Assembly: GCA_017988335.1 (NCBI GenBank)
Contig: JAGNRZ010000001.1
Span: 2,920-66,919 of the forward strand
DNA length: 64,000 bases
Direction: 5' to 3'
From: Ferruginibacter sp.
GTDB taxonomy: Bacteria > Bacteroidota > Bacteroidia > Chitinophagales > Chitinophagaceae
Positions within the stretch are counted from its first letter, which is position 1; every line of letters starts with the position of its first letter. The notes under the pieces were generated by a model. The model had not been told where the DNA came from. It ran no database searches and was given only the letters and a program-made list of their open reading frames with translations. A program made the translations under genes and the position numbers. This document shows positions 47,692 through 56,200 of the stretch, piece after piece.

Positions 47692-47720
47692 GCATATACA
47701 ATTAGGTAAAACACATATAC
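47692..47720 (+). promoter_or_regulatory. Direct repeat CATATACA at 21-bp periodicity upstream of kinase 2; same TATACA core as the 51559/51580 repeats
   Basis: CATATACAat at 47692 and CATATACAgc at 47713. The second copy abuts or overlaps the terminator stem at 47720. Confidence 0.45.
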
Positions 47721-47751
47721 AGCGAAGCTATTTATTATGCTTCGCTTTTTT
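47720..47751 (+). terminator. Rho-independent terminator after the protease gene
   Basis: AGCGAAGC - 10-nt loop - GCTTCGCT followed by TTTTTT. Confidence 0.75.
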
Positions 47752-47765
47752 TATATTTACAAAAG

Positions 47766-50711
47766 ATGTATAACCTTTTTACTAAAAAACCTTTTATTAA
47801 TCAAAAAAGCAATAATTTATTTATTGCTTATTGCCTATTATTTATTGCCTGTTGCCTATTGTCTTTTACCCTAAAAGCACAATCATCACAAACTATATTT
47901 TACACAACAAAAGAAGGGTTGCCTTCTAACTCAGTATATAGAAGTATTATAGATAAAAAAGGGTTTTTATGGATTGCAACAGAAATTGGCCTCTCTAGAT
48001 TTGACGGAAAAAATTTTAGAAACTATAGCACTGTTGATGGCTTAACCGATAATGAAATTACAGATTTATTTATAGATAGTAGTGGTATTATTTGGATAAT
48101 TCCTTTTAGGCGTACTCCATGTTATTACAACGAAACAAAGGATAAATTTGAAAACGAGGATACAGACATAGAGCTAAAAAAAATTGAATTAAACACATCA
48201 TATCGCCCCCATATATTGCAATATGGAGGAGTAGCATTTTCTAACATAAAAAGAAATATATTTATTTATAAAAACAATAAAGCAATACCGTTACCCAATA
48301 TACTAACCCCAAAATCCATAATACCTATAAGTATCGTAGAGTATAAAAAAGGGAGTTATATTTTTATCTCCGAAGATTCAATTAAAAAATATTCAAACGG
48401 CAAAGTTATTGCTACTAAGTTTTTACAAAAACATATTGTAACTGGCGATGTGCTAGGTAACACTATTTACTTTTCAACATTAAACTCTATATTAATATAC
48501 ACATTTGACAGTAATGGGGATATACATTTTGTTAAAGAAAAAACTTTCCCCTTTCCGTTTAGAATTTTTTGTAAAACAGGAAAACGCTTTGCCATTACAT
48601 CGCTAAATGGCACTACATACATGCTTGATAAAAATACATTAGAACCTCTTGAAATTGTATCCACTACAGACGGCATTCCTGTAAGAAATGTTTTAGAAGA
48701 TAATGATGAAAATATTTGGCTTTCAACAAAAGATAAGGGGCTAATAAAAGTGCAAAAGAAAAGAATATCAGTTTTAGATAATAGTAATTTAAAACAAGGT
48801 TTTAATGCTATATTAAAGTCAAAAAATTTAATTGCAGGTAACAATAATGGTGAAATGTTTAGCTACGATGGTTTGTATGTAAAAAAACTATTCTTAAATA
48901 AAAAGAAAAATATTGATGGATGGGTTCGAAAAATAATTCAAACAAAGTATGGCATTTATGTAGCCACACAATCAGGTTCTTTTTTAATAGACGAAAACAC
49001 ATTTACCATAAAAAACACATTTAGTAATGCAGGCAATGCCAACAAATCCACAAAGGCTGCATACTTATTGAACGACTCTATGATTTTGCTTGGAGGCCAT
49101 GCATATACCTATCTTTTTAATTTAAAAAAATTACAGGTTGTTGATAGTATTAGTAAAAGAGTGGTAAGCTTAGGGGCAGATAAAATTGGCAATATTTATA
49201 TTGGCAGCAACGAAGGCTTGTTTTTATGGAAAAACAAACAGTTAAAAGTGTTAGGCGAAGGCAGAAAAGCACTTTCCTACAAAATAAATACAATGGTGTG
49301 TTCGCCAGATAATTTAATGTGGATAGGGCTTGGCACCGATTCGTTGTTGGTATTAAAAGATAACAAATGGGTAGCCTCAATTCCGTTAGGAAGTAATATA
49401 CCAGGCAATGGTTGTAGGTCGCTTTTTTGTAATAAGCAAGGCGAAGTTTGGTTGGGTACAAACAAGGGTGCAAATAGGATAAATTATACATACGATAGTC
49501 AAAGATTTAATTATACAAGTAACTATTTTGGAGCTTCAGATGGCCTCGTTGGCGAACAGATTAATGACATTGCTATACAAGATAGCCTTGTTTACTTAGC
49601 AACTAATGAAGGGTTAAATATTTTACCACTAAAATTACAATTACCCGTTACAGATATACCTACCTTTATCACCAAAGTAGAAATTAATGACGTTCCTGTA
49701 GAATTAAAAAGGGAATACCAATTGGGCTTTAAGGAAAAAAATTTTAACATTGAGTTTTCGGGAGTAGATTTAACAGGTTTTATACCAAGGTTCGAATTTA
49801 GTGTAAATGATGGGGCTTGGCAACCTGCCGAAAAAATTTATTTAAAAAGACTAACCGCTGGTACTTACAAAATTAGAATAAGAGCCATACGAAGAGATGG
49901 ACAACCCAGTAAATTGGAAGCAACTGCAACATTTAAAATTGCTAACATTTTTTGGAAAAGCTCAATTTTTTGGATACTTTTTGCATTATCAATATTTGGG
50001 CTAATATTATATTCACAACACAAACGAAATAAGCGAAAACAAATAATTGCCCTAGAAAAAATTACTACAGAAAAAAGATTAACAGAGCTTGAAATGCAAG
50101 CCCTAAAAGCACAAATAAATCCACACTTTGTTTTCAACTGTCTTAATAGCATAAAAGGATTTATCTATGATAAAGATTATATGCAGGCAGATAAATATCT
50201 TGATAAATTTTCTGAATTAATGCGTAGTACTATCGATAATAGTGATGCAGCTATTATTAGTTTAGAAAACGAAATAAGCTACCTTACCAATTATTTACAA
50301 TTAGAAAAACTTAGGTTTGAAAATAAATTTAATTATACGTTTGACATAGATAAAAATATTAACCCCCAAAATTTATTTGTACCAGCCATGTTGTTACAAC
50401 CCTATGTAGAAAACGCTATTAGGCATGGCATACGATTTTTAGAGAACAAACAGGGAGAAATAAAAATCACAGCAAAAATAGAGGATAGCAATTTGGTTTG
50501 TATAATTGACGACAATGGAATTGGCAGAGAAAAAGCTACCCTTTTAAAAAGTAAACGCCATATTGAGTATCAAAGTAAGGGAATGAGCATATCAAAAAGA
50601 AGAGCAGAGTTATATAATATTGAGCAACAAATAATAGATAAAAAAGATGAAAATGGTAATGCAGAAGGCACTGCCATAATTGTAAAAATACCCACAACCT
50701 TAAAACCATGA
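47766..50711 (+). CDS. Sensor histidine kinase, paralogue of 10914-13991 (propeller repeats + Y_Y_Y, TM, LytS-type His_kinase + HATPase)
   Basis: N-terminal TM. Propeller blades (GFLWIATEIGLSRFDG etc.). GTYKIRIRAIRRDG is Y_Y_Y-like. TM helix IFWILFALSIFGLILY. H-box QINPHFVFNCLNSIK. N-box YVENAIRHGI, then DDNGIG. Confidence 0.9.
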   Translation: MYNLFTKKPFINQKSNNLFIAYCLLFIACCLLSFTLKAQSSQTIFYTTKEGLPSNSVYRSIIDKKGFLWIATEIGLSRFDGKNFRNYSTVDGLTDNEITDLFIDSSGIIWIIPFRRTPCYYNETKDKFENEDTDIELKKIELNTSYRPHILQYGGVAFSNIKRNIFIYKNNKAIPLPNILTPKSIIPISIVEYKKGSYIFISEDSIKKYSNGKVIATKFLQKHIVTGDVLGNTIYFSTLNSILIYTFDSNGDIHFVKEKTFPFPFRIFCKTGKRFAITSLNGTTYMLDKNTLEPLEIVSTTDGIPVRNVLEDNDENIWLSTKDKGLIKVQKKRISVLDNSNLKQGFNAILKSKNLIAGNNNGEMFSYDGLYVKKLFLNKKKNIDGWVRKIIQTKYGIYVATQSGSFLIDENTFTIKNTFSNAGNANKSTKAAYLLNDSMILLGGHAYTYLFNLKKLQVVDSISKRVVSLGADKIGNIYIGSNEGLFLWKNKQLKVLGEGRKALSYKINTMVCSPDNLMWIGLGTDSLLVLKDNKWVASIPLGSNIPGNGCRSLFCNKQGEVWLGTNKGANRINYTYDSQRFNYTSNYFGASDGLVGEQINDIAIQDSLVYLATNEGLNILPLKLQLPVTDIPTFITKVEINDVPVELKREYQLGFKEKNFNIEFSGVDLTGFIPRFEFSVNDGAWQPAEKIYLKRLTAGTYKIRIRAIRRDGQPSKLEATATFKIANIFWKSSIFWILFALSIFGLILYSQHKRNKRKQIIALEKITTEKRLTELEMQALKAQINPHFVFNCLNSIKGFIYDKDYMQADKYLDKFSELMRSTIDNSDAAIISLENEISYLTNYLQLEKLRFENKFNYTFDIDKNINPQNLFVPAMLLQPYVENAIRHGIRFLENKQGEIKITAKIEDSNLVCIIDDNGIGREKATLLKSKRHIEYQSKGMSISKRRAELYNIEQQIIDKKDENGNAEGTAIIVKIPTTLKP

Positions 50712-51466
50712 TTAACTGCATTATAATAGATGACGAAGCAAAAAATATTAAGCTGTTAGAAAACATGCTTAGTATGCACTGCCCATCAGTAAAAATTTTG
50801 GCTACAGATACCGATGCAAAAAATGGTTTATTGCTAATTGATGAACTACAGCCACAATTAGTTTTTTTAGATATTGAAATGCCTCACTTAAACGGCTTTG
50901 ATTTGTTAAAACAATTAGAGCCTATTAATTTTGAAGTAATATTTGTAACTGCATACAGCCATTATGCAGTAGAAGCCTTTGAACATCATGCCACAGGCTA
51001 TATTACCAAGCCTATAAATACCGAAAAGCTAATTGCTGCAGTAACCACAGCAGAAAAAAGAATTGAAGAAAAGAACATTAATAAAAACCTTTTCACATTA
51101 TTAGAACATAACTCCAAACAAGCGGCACCTAATAAAATTCCACTATCCACAACAAACGGTTTAATTTTTGTAAAAATTGCCGATATTATGTTTTGCGAAA
51201 GCAGCGGCAATTACACTCACTTTTATTTAGCCGATGATAAAAAAATTGTAGTTAGTCGCCAGTTAGGAGAATACGAAAAATTATTACCAGATGCTGACTT
51301 TATTCGAATTCATGATAAATACATTATTCATTTAGCCTACATTAAAGAATATATTAAAGGTAGCGGCGGCGATGTAGTTTTAGAAAATGGAAAAGAAATA
51401 CCTGTAGCTACAAGGCGAAAAGAAGAGTTTATGGCAAGATTTGAAAAATGGATTAGGAGAAAATAA
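50708..51466 (+). CDS. LytTR-family response regulator, paralogue of 10153-10911
   Basis: IIDDE, FLDIEMPHLNGFD and ITKP mark the receiver domain. The LytTR domain reads CESSGNYTHFYL...FIRIHDKYIIHLAYI. ATGA overlap with the kinase stop. Confidence 0.92.
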   Translation: MINCIIIDDEAKNIKLLENMLSMHCPSVKILATDTDAKNGLLLIDELQPQLVFLDIEMPHLNGFDLLKQLEPINFEVIFVTAYSHYAVEAFEHHATGYITKPINTEKLIAAVTTAEKRIEEKNINKNLFTLLEHNSKQAAPNKIPLSTTNGLIFVKIADIMFCESSGNYTHFYLADDKKIVVSRQLGEYEKLLPDADFIRIHDKYIIHLAYIKEYIKGSGGDVVLENGKEIPVATRRKEEFMARFEKWIRRK

Positions 51467-51558
51467 GTTCGAATATCGAAACCCTAAATTAGAAAGTGAA
51501 CCCCCAATTCCCAGCACTAAACCCTAAACCTTTAAACTCCTAAACCGCATTGTAGCAC

Positions 51559-51588
51559 CTATACAATCAACCCCAACATCTATACAAT
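51559..51588 (+). promoter_or_regulatory. Perfect 9-bp direct repeat CTATACAAT x2 separated by a 12-bp spacer (21-bp periodicity); candidate LytTR binding site for the 51645 operon
   Basis: CTATACAAT at 51559-51567 and 51580-51588. This is the classic LytTR site geometry (9-bp repeats, 12-13 bp spacer), about 57 nt upstream of the ATG. Confidence 0.6.
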
Positions 51589-51644
51589 AGCACAAAAAAC
51601 AGTTTTTTTTATTTCAATCTTTACGTTGCAAAAAAACTTCGTAT

Positions 51645-53231
51645 ATGAAGAAACTAAAATTATTACTGCTTTGGATGTGCTTTTTAAGCACTGCGGCCTT
51701 TGGCCAAATTAACCAAATACGCATTGTAAGTTTTCAAGTAAAAAATACATTGCCCTCAAAAATTGATGACTGGAGCTCTGTGCCGGGAGCAATTATTTTA
51801 ACCGCTCAAAAAGCACCTACGGTGCAATTAAAAGAGCCAAAACTAGTGGTACAAATAAGAAGCAATGGTGCCATCATTTGTGGCAATACTGCCGCTACAG
51901 CACAACCCATGAATGCCTTTGAAGTAAAAACATTTACTACAAACGACATTACATCTTTATTAGGAAATTGTAAAGAACTTAAAGAAGGCACTTACCAGCT
52001 ATGTGTACAATTTTACAATTTAGATAGAATTGCTATTAGCCCAGAAAGTTGCAAAGAGTTTAAGGTAGAAAGTGCAAAAGGAGAAGAGTATGCTCCTCCA
52101 ACACTTATTACTCCAGATAACGAAAAGCGAATTAGTAAAAAAGATATTTTAAAACCTATTCAGTTTAGGTGGACACCACTTGTACCAAAACCTCAGCAAC
52201 CCGTTACTTACCGCTTAAAAGTATGGCAGTTAATGCAAGGGCAAAATGGTACCGCTGCAATGAGAAGTAACCAACCCATTGTTACTAAAGATGTAGATAA
52301 TATTACACAAGCAGTGATCAATGGCTCTGCAATTTATACTGGCCCATGTAGACCGCCATACTTATGCGATTTTGTATGGCAAGTGCAGGCACTTAACAAA
52401 GAAGGAAAACCATTAGGAAACAATAGCGGCAAAAGTGAAGTGTGGAGTTTTAAAATATTAGATGATAACATTAATACAAAAATTGATAGTGTTAGCGTAA
52501 GTTGTTGTATTAATGGAAAACAAAGTGTTTATGTTAAAATAAGTAATCTACACTTAACCAATCAAGCACAAGTAACGGCAATAAAATACAGAGTAAATGG
52601 TACAGGGCCACTTGTCACCCTTACACCAACAGTGCCTGGGTTGCCGTTTACAATAAATGCAAATGGTTCAAAAGCTTTTACGGGTAGTATAAATTGTGTA
52701 GATAGCATGAAAACGATTAAGTTTATTGTAGATGCCATTTGGCCAACCGACCCCGATAATATTAATACCGAAACAGCGTGGGACACCTTAAACTGTGTAT
52801 GTAAAATTTGCGATGAATTTAAGTTGGAAGCTCCCAAGCCAGATAATATTACAATTGCAAACAACACCATCAACTTTAATCAAGGGCTTACAGTAAGTAT
52901 TACGCCTGCTAAAACTATAAAAAGTATAAAGGCAGAGTTGGTATATTTTGAAATGACACCCGAAAACGATATGTGTATTCCTTGTAATAAAGATGCCGCT
53001 ACTTATGGGCATTTTGCAAATGGTACTAATAGTATGCAATGGAATAAACCCATACCAACCAATGTAAATATTAGTATTACAACACCACAATTAACACCTT
53101 GTTGTAGTGCAAACTTTAAATGGTGCATAAGATATAAAATAGAGTTCACCGATTGCACTACTTGTAACAAATTAGTTTGTTACGAAAAGAAAAAAGAGGG
53201 ATGTGAAAAACAAGGAGAGATAAAAAAATAA
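51645..53231 (+). CDS. Secreted Cys-containing protein of unknown function; its C-terminal domain is shared with the next gene
   Basis: Signal peptide MKKLKLLLLWMCFLSTAAFGQ. The C-terminal 140 aa (nt 52809-53228) align by eye with the C-terminus of the 1853-aa protein. Confidence 0.75.
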   Translation: MKKLKLLLLWMCFLSTAAFGQINQIRIVSFQVKNTLPSKIDDWSSVPGAIILTAQKAPTVQLKEPKLVVQIRSNGAIICGNTAATAQPMNAFEVKTFTTNDITSLLGNCKELKEGTYQLCVQFYNLDRIAISPESCKEFKVESAKGEEYAPPTLITPDNEKRISKKDILKPIQFRWTPLVPKPQQPVTYRLKVWQLMQGQNGTAAMRSNQPIVTKDVDNITQAVINGSAIYTGPCRPPYLCDFVWQVQALNKEGKPLGNNSGKSEVWSFKILDDNINTKIDSVSVSCCINGKQSVYVKISNLHLTNQAQVTAIKYRVNGTGPLVTLTPTVPGLPFTINANGSKAFTGSINCVDSMKTIKFIVDAIWPTDPDNINTETAWDTLNCVCKICDEFKLEAPKPDNITIANNTINFNQGLTVSITPAKTIKSIKAELVYFEMTPENDMCIPCNKDAATYGHFANGTNSMQWNKPIPTNVNISITTPQLTPCCSANFKWCIRYKIEFTDCTTCNKLVCYEKKKEGCEKQGEIKK

Positions 53232-53255
53232 AACCTAACTGTAAAACTAATTGTA

Positions 53256-56200
53256 ATGAAAAATTTATCTATATATACAAAATACTTTATTGTGCTTTTG
53301 ATGGCGTTTGTTTTTTCAATAACAGTCAGTAATAAGCTACAAGCACAAAGTTGTAATCAAGTTGATATTTTATATACCTCTATTGATTGTTTTGAAAGAA
53401 GTTCACACCCAGCAGGTGGCAACGAAAAAGGCTGTAAAGAAACGGCCGTTTGTTTTGGTCAAACGTACACCTATTCATCCTCTTTAAACGGAGTGGGGTG
53501 GACGTATAATTGGACGGCAACCGGACCAACGGCAGTAACCATTTCGCCAAGTAATACACAAACCATAAGTATATCTTGGCCTCAAATTGGCGATTATATT
53601 TTAACTCTTACGGCTACCGACCCATCTGGCAATGTATTTACATCATGTCTAACTGTTCATGTAATTGAAAGGCCAAATGCCAATTTTACTTTTTCGCCTA
53701 ACAATGTATGTGCTGGCTCAATGATTTCATTTAATGGAACCACCACTTACTCAAGTGGTTTTATGTCCTCTTGGGATTTTGGAGATCCTGCCTCAGGAAG
53801 CTTAAACTTTCAAACTGTAGTAGGTAATGCTCCTGTTGCTCCACACCAATACAATACAGCAGGTGCTTATACCGTAACCTTAATAACATCTAGTTTTACT
53901 ACAGTTATTGTACCTGGTGGAAATGGCGGTGTTGCAGATACTACTATTAAAACCTGCTGTTCAGATACTATAACAAAAGTAGTTAACATTTTGCCTGGCA
54001 CTATCAAAATAGAATGTATAAGTACAGTTTGTGCTGGTAGTACATCTACCTATACTATAACTGGTTGTGCCAACCCAACTGTAACGGTTACAGGTAATAC
54101 AAGTATGACTCAAAGCGGTAATCAAATTACAGTAGTTTGGGGTAGTGGTACGCCACAAGGGCAAATAACTGCAAGTTGTCCAGGCAGTTGTACGGCATCT
54201 GTACCAGTACCTATTATACCCACAACACCACAAATTATTGGCAATATTAATCCTTGTAATACTTCAACAACATCCTATTCTTTACCAGTATTGCCAGGTA
54301 CATTTTACACTTGGATGTTGCTTAATACCACCAATGGTTTGTATTATAATAGTGCAATAAATACTTATCCTGACAATAATACAGTTTGGATAAAATGGAA
54401 TTCAGTACCTGCTGGTGTATATCAATTAGGGGTTACTTTAGAAAATAAACATATTTGCTGTAAAACAACAGGCTCTTTAACTATTACGCCTAGGGGCAAA
54501 TGGACGCCTTACTTTGATCAAACAATTTGTTCTGGTTCAACAGCTAGCTTATCTGCCACTGCCGGCGGCACTTTTACATGGACAGTGCTTCCGCCAAATG
54601 CAGGTGTTGCACCACTTAGTGGTACTGGAGTTTCATTTAATCCAACTTTTGCAAATGCAGGAATATATACTGTACAGGCAATTGAAACTGCTGGTATTTT
54701 TTGCAATAGTGGCACAACAAATCCGCAACAAGTAAAGGTAACTGTAAGACCAACATTGGTACCAGGTATTATTAATGGCCCAGACAAAGTATGTGCTAAT
54801 AGTAATTACGATTATAATATGAGTACACCGGCACCAGCAGGTACACATTACGAATGGACAATTACTGGAGGTGCTGGCATATTTTTACCAAGCGGCACAC
54901 CTCCTATTATGGGAGATAATGTAACCATTAAATGGACAACAGTACCAGGTACTATTAGTGTGGTTATAAAATATAATGATTTTCCAAATTGTGCTGTTGG
55001 ACCTGTTACTAAATTAGTAACAGCAGCTACAGTAGGTACCGTTAGCGGAAATCAAAATGTATGTGTAGATGATACTTACACCTATTCGTTAACGGGGGGA
55101 ACTTTAGCACCAGGCGAAGTTATTAATTGGGTTATTTTACCATCAAGCTTAGGTTCAGTTTTATCGGGCAATGGTACTAGTACACCTACTATAAAATGGC
55201 ATGGTATGGTAGCAGGTAGTGGCCCTTGGACGGCACAACTACAAGCTACTACCAACTGTGGTAATTCTGCACTTTACCCAATTACAATTAGCAGACCACC
55301 TGTATTTAGCATAACACAAACAGGCAATATTTGCTTGGGTGGAGTAAACGTATCGGCAACGAATACGGTTGGATATACTTATTCATGGAATACATCTCCT
55401 ATTCAAACAACAAGTACAATTAATGTAACAACACCTGGTACTTACACCTGCACAGTTACCAATGGCACTTGTTCAAAATCAAAATCGGTAACTATTTATG
55501 ATCCGTTTGCTATTTTACCCATACAAGAGTGTGGTGGTCCACATTGTAATGGCTTGGCAACTAGTGAGCAATTACAAATAAGTGTAACTAAGCCTACTTC
55601 GGGCACTTTTACCTACCAATGGTTTAAAAAATACCCCACTGTAGTTTCAGTAAGTGGGCCGGTTACAAATACCAATCTTTCTAATATTTACATGGCTGCA
55701 GATTCGGGGGCTTACTTTGTGGTAGTAACTTATGGAGCTTGCAAGGATACTGCCTATTATTATGTACAAAAAGAGTGTTGCCCAGATGTGAACAATCCTC
55801 AGATTACTACTGTACGTAATAGTTGTAAGCAATTTACGTTTACTGGCACTACTCCAAATCCTACTGGAGCAACGATTACTTGGAATTTTGGTGATGGTAC
55901 AACACAACCTGGTGTTTCGGGTGTACCTGTTACACATACGTATGTGCATGCAGGCTCTTATTGCGTTACATTTTGTGTAGGGCCACCAGCAGTAAACCCT
56001 ACAAGTTGTTATGGTAATTGTGCTGGTACCAATGTAATTGTACCTATAGAAGCATTATTTACTTATAAATTAGGTTGTAATGGTTGTGTGCAAATCGATA
56101 ATCAATCTATTGCAATTCCATTAAGCCCATCATCAATTATAACCTATGATTGGAACTTTGGTGATGGATTCGATCCCCCTGCAAGTTCTAGCTCAGTACC

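Noticed and set aside
47820-47870. Tandem ttattgcct-like units encoding the IAYCLLFIACCLL transmembrane segment of kinase 2, possibly a captured intergenic repeat
   Set aside because: The segment is in frame and supplies the expected N-terminal TM/signal helix. The repetitiveness can be explained by biased hydrophobic codon usage. I cannot test it without genome-wide repeat data.
51479-51528. CCCTAAA repeats as genuine telomeric sequence or eukaryotic contamination
   Set aside because: Only two or three dispersed copies sit inside an otherwise typical bacterial intergenic region flanked by bacterial two-component genes. They do not form a tandem telomere array.
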